Shown here: in pieces, positions 41,080 to 54,440 of the stretch | How the letters are laid out: every line of letters starts with the position of its first letter | Position numbering within the stretch: position 1 is the stretch's first letter | Origin: Eledone cirrhosa | Taxonomy: Eukaryota | Reading direction: 5' to 3' | DNA: 64,000 bases | Assembly (NCBI GenBank): GCA_964016885.1 | Contig: OZ024748.1 | Span: 18,538,001 to 18,602,000 of the forward strand | Translations under genes and position numbers: made by a program | The notes under the pieces: model-generated | The model's database searches: none | The model's input: the letters and a program-made list of their open reading frames with translations, nothing else | Told to the model about the DNA's origin: nothing

Positions 41080-42215
41080 CACTCATAAAAACAACAACAG
41101 AACGCAGGACTGGAAAATTTACTTTAGAATTATAATTCCTTGAAAGCACTATACATATTTCGATGTCCCAGCTCTATCATTTGATTATGATGCAAGACTA
41201 GGCGATTTCATCAGGTTTTATTTGCAGAATTATGTAACAGGATTACGTTGAGGGCAAACATAGGATAGGAGAGAGAAAATTGGTTTCAGGGACAGCCAGT
41301 TCTACCGATTGATAAACAGTCAAACATAAATGATATATATATATATATACACACGTAAATACCCACACATCTTTATACTGTTTGTCCACCCCACATATAT
41401 GTGTGTATGTGTTATTTGTTTATATATATATATATATATATATAATATTGAACAGTGCCAATATGTAAAATCAAGGGCAGTTAATAACATTTGGAGGAAA
41501 ACTAGAAATTCACCTTGAAAAAGACGTTTATTTAAATAAATAACATATTTCTTAGAAAAAAAACATACCCATGCTCCTACACTCTCTTTTTAACAACAGT
41601 CTAAACTTCACTACCATTGATTGGTCTTGGGAAATGAATCAACGCCACAATCTCAAATTGACACTAACATAAAATTATTCCATATGAAAGCGTACATCGT
41701 CCGTCTAATTTACGACAGAAGCGATTTTACGTAATCGGGAGGGGCGATATATATATATAATGCAATGAAATATCTATGATCTTCGGCAAATCACTGATGA
41801 GGGACTTATTTTATTACATGTTACCATGTGCTACCTGCAGTATTTTTCTCTATATTTTAATATATATATATATATATATATATGTATACATGTATATCTA
41901 CATACACACATTTATATATATATATACACACATCTACATACACACATATATATTTACATACACATATATACATATATATATATATTTACATACACATATA
42001 TACATACATACACACATTTATATATATATATATATACACACACATCTACATGCACACACAGACATACACATATATATATATATTTACATACACATATATA
42101 CATATATATATTTACATACACATATATACATATATATATTTACACATATATATATATATATATTTACACATATATATATATATATATTTACACATATATA
42201 TATATATATATATAC

Positions 42216-42279
<64 letters not shown>

Positions 42280-42639
42280 ACACACATATATATATATACA
42301 TACACATAAATACATAAGATGATATAACTGCAATAAAATGTCCTCATCTGAATGTTTCTTACATAACTTTATTTGGCATCAGTTTTTTTTTTTTTAGCAC
42401 TGAGGGAAGAGTATTTTTGACACGGTCAACATGTTTGTCACAAGGGATACAAATTAATGACTTTATTTTAAGCTCATTAAAAAAAATTAAATACATTTTT
42501 TGCTATTTTATTTCCTGAGGGAAACTATAATTCGATTGCTCGAAACAAGACCCAAACCTCCCTCTAAGTCACACCAAAACAAGCTAAAACAATTTTAATA
42601 CAATCACGAACTCCCTTTCCCCCATCTTAAACAACAAAA

Positions 42640-43010
42640 TTCTAAACCAGAGGTTCTCAAACCTTTTGGGCACCGCCCCTCACGCCCACGTAATACCCTC
42701 AGCGTCCCGCACCCCTATTTCCACAGAGACCCGCCTACACGCAAATTGTAAATGATATATAATAAATAAAATCGTTCATATATATACAATAAATAATATA
42801 TGCTATGTATAAACAAATATATATATTTTTTATTTTACTATATATATATACATATATATATATATATGTGTGTGTGTGTGTATCATTTGATATTTAATAT
42901 ACTATTATATCATCTCTACCGCCCCCACCACCACCCTGGACCTTCTCAACGCCCATCCGAGGGTGGGGGCATGGACAGTAACGCCCACTTTCAGAACCTC
43001 TGTTCTAAAC
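42640..43010. mobile_element. hAT (Charlie-like) MITE at 42648-43002 with 8-bp TSD
   Basis: TSD TTCTAAAC at 42640-42647 and 43003-43010; TIRs CAGAGGTTCTCAAA / TTTCAGAACCTCTG. Confidence 0.92.
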
Positions 43011-43062
43011 AAACAATACCAAAAAACATGACATACAACAACGTCAAGTAAGAAATAAAATC

Positions 43063-43409
43063 CAGTGAAATTCCGTTATAACGAAATTCACTGGGTATAA
43101 AAAAAATTCTTTATAACGAAATCGACCCTAACACATCGAGCGTGTGGCCAGGTATTGACATTTTTTTCGTTATAATGCTATTCGTTATAACGGAATTTTA
43201 CCTGTCAAATATAAAGTCATAATTGTGTCTTACCATCAAATATAAAGTCATAATTGTGTCTTTAGAAATATATATAGTCTAGTGATTATTAAAACAATAA
43301 TAATTGTGTCTTTACATATATATATTTTAGTGTTTATTAAAACAACAATAATACATAATAGACAATAACAACACTTAATGGTATTCGTTATAACGGAATT
43401 TTACCTGTA
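43063..43409. mobile_element. Tigger/pogo-like MITE with a duplicated right TIR
   Basis: CAGTGAAATTCCGTTATAACGAA...TTCGTTATAACGGAATTTTACCTG ends at 43204 and again at 43407 followed by TA; related copy at 59948-60092. Confidence 0.75.
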
Positions 43410-43937
43410 TAATAAGATATCTTCCGCGACCGCCAAACAAATTTACAAACAGCTGAAGTCGAAGAAAGTGAAAGTGGTACGTTATACTCCAAGACCACCA
43501 TCAGCCATCATCGTTTCCTAGACACTACATTTGTAGGACTGTTTGTTCTTATGTTTAAAAATCGATATTATTAAATTCCTAATTCCGCCGTGTCTCGATA
43601 AAACGAGGATCAATCAGACTATATAATGGACTGTGTAATGAATAAAATATTATAGGTGGTGGACCTGTGTCTTGCAAGGATTAAATGTCTTAATATATTT
43701 TAGTTAAATCCTTTTACATGCGAGATCAAACCCTTGCTGGGGGACAACCAGTGCTTTTGATATTTATAATACAGACGATTTCTAACTTAGACACAAGGTC
43801 AGCAATTTGTGGAGGAAAGGAAAGTTGATGATATCGAACCCAAGTATTTGACTGGTACTAGAAAGAATTGGCTGTGTTCAAAGCTGGAGAGTGCTTAGCT
43901 GAATATGGTCTTACTGGTCTAAACTAGTAACTCTCAA

Positions 43938-43999
<62 letters not shown>

Positions 44000-45164
44000 T
44001 ACAGAAACACGCGCGCGCGTAAATAAGACCGTGATTGCTCCAATCTGTCCATAAAACACTAAGCCGAACGCCAACCCGCACTCATGACTCCTGCAAAACC
44101 AACCCGCGACCCACCCCCACGGCAAACCGAACGCGGATACACACACACACACACACATACATAATCACTAATGGCTTTAGAGAAAGAGACACTGCAATTC
44201 CCTATTCCCCTCACAATTCAAAGGAGAAGGATATATATATATAAATCATACATCAGATTCTCTTTGATTCGTAGTGTAGCTACAGAAAAAATAAAAAAAT
44301 AAAATAAAAATGAAAATAAACAGACTTGTATGTAGCACTAAATCAAATTAGATTGAGGTGCAATATTTTTGTCGGAAATACCCAAATCGTTATTACCCAA
44401 ATTGAAACAAACCTTATATAACCCTAACAAACCTAAACCCAATTCCTTCAATTTTAAACCGTACAATCAACTCTAACCCTTAACTAACCGAAAATCTTTT
44501 TCTCTTTAACTAACCGTAAATCTTTTCCCTAGTGCTTACTCTGCCGTGAACCTAACTCTAATTCATTTAACAGTTGATTCAACAAGAAACATGGGGTAAT
44601 AAAGATACACCCCTTTGTCTTCGATGAAAACACCTGGACAGAAAAATGAGATACCAGTGTTACACTAAGGTCTGGCCAGACAATTACAACTGAATCTTAA
44701 GGGAGAGGGAGAGAGGGGTGAAAGAGAGCGAGGGAGAAGGTGAAATAGAGAGAGATATGGAAAAAAATGGGGTGAAAGCGAGAGCGTGGAATGGAAAGAG
44801 AGGGGTCAAGGCGAGAGAGAGAGAGCGTGGGATAAGAAGAAAGGGGTGGGGGTGAAAGAGAGAGAAGAGGGTGTGTAAATCAGAGCAATCTTGTTCCTGT
44901 GTAATTTCCTGAGTGGTGGGCCAGCATGGAAGTGGTTTAAAGGAACATGTGTCTTCTCAGTGAGATTCTAGCCTGGGGTAGCAATATATATATATATATT
45001 TTTTCTCCAATTTTACATTATCATTATTTATAGGAATCAATAGATCGATTGAATTGATCGATCTTTCTTTTGTCTTGGTCGGTCTTCTATTTTCTTGACG
45101 TATTGCTGCTGTAGAGTAAACCAGTAATTCAACAAGTGCCTCCCCCCATACACTAGTACAGGGA

Positions 45165-45502
45165 AGTGTACCATCATCACCACCATTCACAACAGGTACC
45201 CCCCCATACCATCACCACCATTCACAACAGGTAACCCCCCCCCACCATCCATACCATCACCATCATTCACAACAGGTAACCCCTCCACCCACCATACCAT
45301 CACCACCATTCACAACAAGTACCCCCCCCCCACCTTCCATACCATCACCACCATTCACAACAGGTACCCCCCCCCCACCATCCATAACATCACCATCATT
45401 CACAACAGGTATCCCCACCATCCATACCATTACCACCGTTCACAACAGGTAACCCCCCCCCCCCCCCCCCACCATCCATACCATCACCATCATTCACAAC
45501 AG
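45165..45502. repeat. ~40-45 bp minisatellite with variable poly-C (ccataccatcaccaccattcacaacaggtaccc...)
   Basis: About 8 units. Confidence 0.9.
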
Positions 45503-45682
45503 AAATAATAAGGAGCCCTCCCAAATACCTCACCGTGAACTCAATCAATTTACCATGGGGACAGTAAGGTGGTGTGAGGTGAGATGGGTCTGTTCTATGT
45601 AGTTGCTGGATTTACTAGAAATAGCAGTCACATTCAAATCATATTCTACTGTCTTTAAAACACACACACAAGGACACAGACC

Positions 45683-46513
45683 AGCCATGGGAAAACGTTT
45701 TTGAGCCGTGGGCCGCATAGGACATTGTGCCCCGTCATAAGGTGGGCCGCATAGGATATGGAGCCTATCATAAGGCAGGCCACATAGGACATGGTGCCCC
45801 GTCATAAGGTGGGCCGCATAGGATATGGAGCCTATCATAAGGCAGGCCACATAGGACATGGTGCCCCCTCATAAGGGTGGCTATATAGGATATGGAGCCT
45901 ATCATACGACAGGCCACATAGGACATGGTGCCCCGTCATAAGGCGGGCCATATAGGATATGGAGCCTATCATACGACAGGCCACATAGGACATGGTGCCC
46001 CCTCATAAGGGTGGCCATATAGGATATGGAGCCTATCATAAGGCGGGCCATATAGGATATGGTGCCCCATCATAAGGTGAGTAACATAGGATATAGTACC
46101 TCGTCATAAGGTGGGCAACATAGGATATGGTGCCCCGTCATAAGGTGAGTAACATAGGATATGGTACCTCGTCATAAGGTGGGCAACATAGGATATGGTG
46201 CCTCGTCATAAGGTGAGTAACATAGGATATGGTACCTCGTCATAAGGTGGGCAACATAGGATATGGTGCCCCGTCATAAGGTGAGTAACATAGGATATAG
46301 TACCTCGTCATAAGGTGGGCAACATAGGATATGGTGCCTCGTCATAAGGTGAGTAACATAGGATATGGTACCTCGTCATAAGGTGAGTAACATAGGATAT
46401 AGTACCTCGTCATAAGGTGGGCAACATAGGATATGGTGCCCCGTCATAAGGTGGGCAACATAGGATATAGTACCTCGTCATAAGGTGGGCAACATAGGAT
46501 ATGGTGCCTCGTC
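45683..46513. repeat. 33/34-bp minisatellite, about 24 units, starting from a hAT-like terminus
   Basis: cataggatatggtgccccgtcataaggtgggcaa units, preceded by cagccatgggaaaacgtttttgagccgtgggccgc. Confidence 0.9.
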
Positions 46514-46605
46514 AAACCACTAAAAACTCAAGGCGACTTTGAAATTAGGTGAGCTATTCGGAATGCCAAACGGGTCGCAGTAGTCACACACACACACCTC
46601 TCCTT

Positions 46606-46651
<46 letters not shown>

Positions 46652-46676
46652 AAGAGAGAGAGAGAGAGAGAGAGAA

Positions 46677-46739
<63 letters not shown>

Positions 46740-46984
46740 GAGAGAAACAAAGATTTAGTTATATTAGAAATGAATATAACAGGTTAGAGGCGGCCTTGAT
46801 TATGTCTGTTTGATCAGAACAGGCCTGGGGTTAAAGGAAACATCCTCTCAAATTCGCCAAGTTCCCTACCTACCAAACAACTCACAATAAATTGCTCTCT
46901 TCTTCAGACGACCTTAGTATTAGATCTGTGTGTGTGTGTGCTTAATACATAGACAAATACACTTCGGACTAGCTTAGTATTATA

Positions 46985-47067
46985 TATACATACATACATA
47001 TATATAATCCTGCGGGTGCGCAGGTGAAACTCCAGAGTAACAAGGCGCACTACTTAGCCATAAATAA

Positions 47068-47137
<70 letters not shown>

Positions 47138-48542
47138 GTAAATAAAGAGAGAGAGAGATGTAAAATCGCGACCGCGGCTTCAATCGGTTTCGGCTTGTGC
47201 ATATATATATGCATACACCTATCAAATAGAAATAACTAAGGTCTAAATTCAAACAATATCATACACACATATAAAAACAAACCCAACGAAGGCTGCGGTC
47301 TAAAATAAACTGGCCCACAATGAAAAGAAAAATCCCATTAAAAGTTTGAATCTAAAAAGATATATACATGGTGTCCCCAAAAGTTGTATACACACTTTGA
47401 TTAGAATGCTGCCATTTACCTGTCTATATTTACAAAGCCCCAAATATAAAGACGTTTATCGATACACAATTGGCTGTTGAAGGTTTGTCTCTGAAAAAAT
47501 AAAATAATAATAATAATTGTTTCTACTTTAGGCACAAGGCCAGCAATCACCCAGTGCATTACTAATAATAATAATATATATATATATAACACACGCAGTT
47601 AAACCATCGATTTTACGAACTAATTATGGGAGGTATGTCCGAGAGTCCTAGGTAACACACGGTTAATTTTTACTGTTATAATGTAAAAAACAAAACAAGC
47701 TTTCATACAATATACATTGGTGGACAGTATTAAAATAATGAATATGCCATGTTTTTTGTATCTCGACAGTGTAGTTTGCTGTGATCGTTGTGGTAGTACA
47801 ATATTGTTTTTATTATTAATTATTATTACCATTATATCTATTTTGTTTTCTGTAAGCACCCCCACCCCCGGGTACCTGTTCTTTGTATTGTCCCCTATAT
47901 GTCGGCCCTTGTGGCCAATAAAGAAATAATTATCATTATCATGTCGTCGTCGTCGACGAAGCTACACCACGCCGCCGTTCGGGCGTCGGCCGAGGTTAAC
48001 TTTGCCTTTCATCCTTACAGGGTCGATAAAATAAAGTACCAGTGTGCGCTGGATTGGCAGTATCGGTAGAGGGTCGGACGCCATGCTTTGACGCATAGAG
48101 TTACGGCCCTTGCCATTCTGAGTTCAAATCCCGCCGAGGTTAACTTTGCTTTTCACCCTAAAGGGGTCGATAAAATAAAATACCAGTAATACACTGGGTT
48201 TTGCTGGCCTTGTGTCAAAACTAGAAACAGTTATCATTTAGTGCATTAAATGCAAAATCCGTTAAAAACGAGGTCCGTTCAAAAGAAGAAGATTCGGGGT
48301 ATTAGGGTATTTAATATTTTCATCCTTCCGGGGCCAAACTCTCTCTATCTATATATCTATCTATACACACACAAGTACTGGTTAAACAGTGAAGTAGATT
48401 AATCAATTAAACTCGATCCTAGAAGTTATATATGGCCTTGCGCCAATGTCAGAAAATATTTATGCATAAATCAATCATTATTTATGAGTCGCTCTGTACT
48501 ATATACACGCCATTTTATGATATATATATAAAAACACCCTCC

Positions 48543-48575
<33 letters not shown>

Positions 48576-51500
48576 GAAACATACATTATATATATATATA
48601 TATATACAGACACACACTCCCTCTCTCTCTCTCTATATATATATATATACGTACACAAACATACTATTTATATATATATACACAAACAGACACCGTCTCT
48701 CTCTCATATATATATATATATATAATTATATACATGCATACACACCCACGATTCTATAATTGTGCCGATAAATTGCTATAATTGAAGACGCAGATATACA
48801 ATACAGGATATTAAAATATATTTAGAGAAACACTACCAGTTGCTTTACGTTGTAAAATAATGTCAATCGAATGTTACCTAATATTATTCGGTTTGAATAA
48901 CAAAAAACAACAAAAGAGATCGATAAATTAAGTACCAGACTTGAAAAAATATGTACTGAAGTCGATATGGTTAATTAAAATCAAGGCGGTGCCCTAGTAT
49001 GGCCGCAATCAAATAATAGGAAACACACACACACATATGAGAGAGAGTGTGTGTGCGTGTGTGTGTGGATGTATATTATCCGCACAGTTATGAATGGCTT
49101 TATATATATGTGCGTATGTGTGAATGTATATGGTACATATATGTGTGAAATATATGTCATGTTTAATACAGAAATGGCTCCTACAGGACTAGAGCTGTTT
49201 TATCGATAATGTGAATTATATGATCGAATATAAAGCGAGTACAAGAGAACTTAGTGAAGTTTGTGGCACATTTGACCAAGTGAAGGTCAGAGAGGAAGAG
49301 AGACTGAGTGTGGTGAAGGAAGTGAAAGAAATAGTTAGTGGTAAGGGTGGAGGCGGTGGTGATGGGTAGATTTAGAAGTAGATAGAGGATACAAAATAAA
49401 TAGGGAGATAGATGGGTAAGATAAGGGGGCTAGGATTAAATTAATTGAAGTATAGAGAAAAAAAGACCAGGACGAGATTACTGTGCGTGTATAAATCTTA
49501 TATATATATATATACACACACACAGCTCTGAAGTGAAATATACAGCGATCATCGATATACGTAGAACACACAATATTGTGAAATAGACACATCTCGACCC
49601 ATTGAAATTGAAATCGCAATATATTCGGGTTTGAGCAGATACTCTCTCTCATATATATGAGAGAGAGAGAGAATCTATATTTTATGGAGAGGGGGGGGGG
49701 GTTAAGCAGATGAATAGAATTAATTCATCCTGTAATATTTAGAAAGAAAAAAAATATAAATATAAAAGGAAGAAAATGTATTGGTTGTGATGAAGAAGAC
49801 TAAGAAATAATATAAACAGACCGATAGACAGACTAACAAAAGACAGAACGTTATATATATATATATATAGTGACCAAGGGAATGGTCCCCCAGAAAATAT
49901 TAAACGACGGACGGTTTGTAGTTTGTACGAACCGAGTGAAGCTAGCATACTAATTACAGTAGCAAATGGCAGCTACCAAAATAGTCATATCTGCAGCAAA
50001 GACACACAGACACATACACACACGAACATAATAGAGATAGATAGAGTGGTAGATAGATTGGTAGATAAATAAATATTATATATTGGTATATAGATATATG
50101 ATAGTTAAATATGTACTGTAGATAGATAGACAGACGCATATAACAGATATAGAGTGGTGGATACACTGATAGATAGATAGATTGATAGGTATTAATAGGT
50201 GCAGAGGGATATGTTAAATATGTACTGTAAGCTAGACAGACACACACGAACATAGCAGATATAGATAGATAGATAAATGAATAGGTATTATATATAGGTA
50301 CATAGATAATTATGTTAAATATGTACTGTAGATATATAGCTAGATAAAAAGACATACAGCAGATATATGTGTAAATAGGTAGATAGACACACCAGCCAAA
50401 TATATAGCTTAAATAGATGTCTAAATAGGCGCACACGATAGATAGACAGATAGATATGTATAATTAACACAATGAACAAAAAAAAGCTAGGTAGGTAGGT
50501 AGGCAGGTGTTTTAATGCGATTAGTAAGTAAAAAGTCGGAAGATTTGGTAAAAAATCCATCAGAATGCTCAGTTACAATGTACATATATATATATATATA
50601 AAATATATACTTATATATAGTCTGATCATATAAATAAGAATCGGAGTAAGTGAAAAATACGAGGGTAGGAGAGGAAAAACAGTTGGACTACGTATGGTGG
50701 TGGTGTTGATAGTAGTTGTGGTATTGAAGGTGGTGGTTGATATAGTAGAGGCTGTGGGTAAATGGTGATGGTAGTAGTGGTGTGTTGTTATTGATGATGA
50801 TGGTGATAGAGGAGGTAGCTGTATTGATAATTATATTAGTAGCGGTTATAGTGGTGATGGTTTTAGTGGCAGTAGTAGTGGAGGTTTAATCATTTGGTTC
50901 ATAGAGGGTTGGCTGTACATTTTTTTTCACCTTAAACCCTTTGAAAAATAAAAAATAATTACAATGATTATCATTACCACCACTATTACAACTCAGATGC
51001 CGCAGCGCAGTGGTTAAATTCTCGGTGATCCGAGCGAGAATCACAAACACGGTTTCGCTTTCAAGAACACTTCATTCCATTCCACTTCACTTCTAAGAAA
51101 TGCAAATGCCACCACTTGTTAAATTCCGTTCCCTTATAAAAAAATATTTCTCAGGCGCCACGACTCTATAACAAACAACCCCCTATTCCGTTTCATCATA
51201 TCTTCGCGGTAGGGGACTCACATACATCAAACCCAGACAATATTTAATCGACTACTAATACACCATCAGTAGTAATAATAATAACGATTTCTACTATAGG
51301 CACAGGCCCAGCAATTTTGGGGGAGGGGAAAGTCAACTAAATCAACCTCAGTGCGTTAATTCGTAGCCATTATTATATGGGTAATTGCTGGTCTTGTGCC
51401 AAAAGTAGAAACAATTATTATTATTATTGTCTTTGTCAACCCCCTCACTATTCTAAAAGGATACAAATTGAAGTGGCAAACTACATGGGAGAGAAAGCGG

Positions 51501-51581
51501 GGTTAAATATTACAATGGGAGGTAGGGGGTGATGGAAGGATACACAAAATTTAAAGGGCAATAACAAGAGTATATTACATT
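46985..51581 (+). repeat. Segmental duplication, copy 1 (paralog at about 59295-63910)
   Basis: Collinear near-identical blocks at an offset of about 12.3 kb (49161=61421, 50521=62781, 51481=63801). Confidence 0.93.
47936..48237 (+). mobile_element. Young composite family A SINE insertion with TSD ttatcat
   Basis: A box TGGCAGTATCGG, B box GAGTTCAAATCC; empty site present in the paralog at about 60423-60440. Confidence 0.88.
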
Positions 51582-51681
<100 letters not shown>

Positions 51682-51900
51682 TTTAAAGGGTTTTTCAGAG
51701 AGAGTGCGTTGTATATATGTAGATGTAATGAAACCTTTACCAGTAGTATCGTTACTAAATAAGATAATGATAATAAGGACGAATGAGGTGATGATAATAT
51801 TTTTCTTTTCATAAAAAAAAAATATATATATAATAATAAACAAGAAGGAGGGTTTAATTTGTACATCCCCATTTATTTTATCGTTTAAAACCCTGGTTTT

Positions 51901-51986
51901 TGGAGGTGGATAATGATTTTCATGGTGATTATATCTCTTTCTCTCTCTATATATATATCACCATGAAAATCATTACCCCACCTCCA
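51901..51986. repeat. 29-bp inverted repeat around a (TC)n(TA)n loop
   Basis: tggaggtggataatgattttcatggtgat / atcaccatgaaaatcattaccccacctcca. Confidence 0.85.
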
Positions 51987-53264
51987 CCACACCAGCACTT
52001 CAAACAACGAAAAGTGGTTTTCAACTGGGACCTAGACCGAGAAAGTAATCAACAACTATAAATATTCCTATAATTATAATAAATTGATTAAGAAATCAAG
52101 AAAGACAGTAGAGTCCCATCAGAGAAATAAAACCGTAGAACAGCTGTAATGGAAGGAATAAAATAGAGATGATGATGACAATGAATAGGAACAGACAGAT
52201 TAAGGAAATATTTTGTGGTGTGTTTGTTATAAGTATAACACTCACACTATATGTGTGTGTGTGTGTGTGTGTGAAGAGGGCACGCAAATTTGACACCGAG
52301 GGAAATATTGTGATAGAATTGTTATATATATATATATACAGACACAAACACATTTTTAGAAAGGATATATATATATAAATAAATACACACACGTCTGTCT
52401 GTGTGTGTTTCTTCTGCTGCTATTCTGCCACTGTCATTTATTTCAAAGATGTTTTGGTAGTTGATTTATTTTGGCTTGTTATTAAACCCATGACCATCTC
52501 TCTCGACATTCATTTTATTTATATCATCTCATTATTAGAAAACGACACATAGATCTACGGGCCAGATAGGGGAGTAGGCAAGCGTAAACAGATAAATTGG
52601 ATAATTAGATAAACACAGATAGATACGTAATTTTCGGGGTTTTTTTTTCATATTTTCTTGACTTAAATTTCAAGATGAATCGTAAAAAGAGAAGCAATAG
52701 AAAGATAAAAGAGAAAACGCATATATACAAACATATATATATTATAAACATTATTCTTCTTATTATTTTTGGTACCAGTGACATTCTAAAAAGGGACAAT
52801 CAACTGGCAAAATGATTGCTATCTGAGCTATTAAGTGGTAGCTTTATAAAAACCTCAAATGAACACCTTTACACTACTATATATAAATATATACATACAT
52901 ATTCAAAAATATACACACATTTATATATGTCTATATACATTCTCTATCTCTCTCTATATATATATATATCTACTATAGCCTATATCTATTTATATATACA
53001 TATATATCTATTTCCAACAGGCAATGACAACGAAAGGGAGAGAGAAAGAGAGAACGAGCTAGAGAGAGAGTGGTGTCTTGACGTAATGAACATATATATA
53101 CATGTATTCAATTTGTTAAAAATACAGGCAATCGGTAGACAAATATCGACATTATTTTAACACCGATTGTTTAAATGTGTGAAATGATAACGATAATGAC
53201 AATTTTAATTGAATATATCGATGAGAATTGTATATTTGAGTGAAACGAAAATGATATTTCTTAC

Positions 53265-53300
53265 CTGAGTCGCCTCCACAACTCTCGCCAAAGCAACCAT
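53265..53300 (-). CDS. Candidate first coding exon MVALARVVEATQ of an unidentified gene
   Basis: ATG at 53300 runs in frame to a consensus donor CAG|gtaaga; a second donor GGA|gtaagt at 53310 follows an upstream ATG (MFDVTGR); non-repetitive, CpG-containing context. Confidence 0.3.
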
Positions 53301-53319
53301 TAAAACTTACTCCTTCCTG

Positions 53320-53700
53320 TGACGTCAAACATTTGTGTGTAAAACTTTCAGCTTTTGTTGTTTTTTATTTTCTCTCTCAAAATATATATTTATTCCTGTT
53401 TTTTTTATTTTATTATAAATAAAATACAAATGAAAATTTCTCTTCTCGAAACGGAACGTTGGTAATTAATTTAATCTGTATGTAAATTTATTGAAAAAAA
53501 AACCTCAACAAAATGTAGAAAATTGTATGACTACGAAAAAAAGTATGAAGGTTTGAAAATATCCTACAGCTTATCACCATTGTACGTCAACAAAACATGT
53601 TAACTTCTGTAAGGTTGACACGCATAACCGGAGGTGAACTTTGGCGAGCTGTATGAGGTCAAGGGGCAGATCAGTTGAGGTCACAGCATCTCTTATTTTT
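53320..53700. promoter_or_regulatory. Promoter-like region with a CRE and nuclear-receptor half-sites
   Basis: TGACGTCA 53320-53327; TGAACTTTG 53635-53643; AGGTCA-A-GGGGCA 53656-53668; AGGTCA 53678-53683. Confidence 0.35.
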
Positions 53701-54124
53701 CCAGTTTTTACCATTATTAACCTGACTAACATAACGCAAACAACTATATTTACGCAGCAGCCACTTATTACAGAAAGACGACAGAAAGGAACTTAATTAA
53801 CAAACACACAATCCAAAGAAAGAAAAGGGTGGGTGAAAAAAGCCCCATCAAAACCAAGCGAAGTTTTGAGAAATGTTTTATAGTATTATATTTTACACTT
53901 GAAATCTAAAGAAAGTTGATATCTACTTTGCATCTTTCAGTAGAAAGAACCAGTTATATAGTTCGCCACCATCACATCGCTACTTGTAAGTACCAAGATC
54001 ACCATCGTTACCGCTACTACCAGCGCCAATCGGGGAATTATTTAAATATATATATATATTATTAAAACACCTTGTATATTTTACACACGCAATACACACA
54101 CACACTCATATATATATATATATA

Positions 54125-54440
54125 TAATTGTTTCTACTTTTGGCACAAGGCCAGCAAATACATTACTGGTACTTTATTTTATCGACCCCGTAAAGTTGAA
54201 AGGCAAAGTTAACCTCGGCGGGATTTGAACTCAGATCATATATATATATATATATAATTGTTTCTACTTTTTGGCTCAAGCCCAGCAATAAGCCAGTGCA
54301 TTACTGGTACTTAATTGTATCGACCCCGTAAGGATGAAAGGTAAAGTTAACCTCGGCGGGATTTGAACTCAGAATGGCAAGGGCCGTAAGTTTATGCGTC
54401 AAAGCATGGCGTCCGACCCTCAACCGATACTGCCAATCCA
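54125..54440 (-). mobile_element. Two tandem young family A SINEs in (TA)n
   Basis: Second copy is near full length with intact CpGs (gcatggcgtccgaccctcaaccgatactgccaatcc). Confidence 0.85.

Noticed and set aside
44400-44560. Interstitial telomeric repeat (accctaa-like motifs)
   Set aside because: Scattered, degenerate motifs with no tandem (TTAGGG)n
48051-48135. tRNA gene suggested by A and B boxes
   Set aside because: It is a SINE head with long box spacing, no cloverleaf, and a SINE body following
49172-49285. Plus-strand exon candidate conserved in both duplicates
   Set aside because: Stops occur in all three frames after the acceptor, and its start is the reverse complement of a dispersed repeat at about 36980-37010
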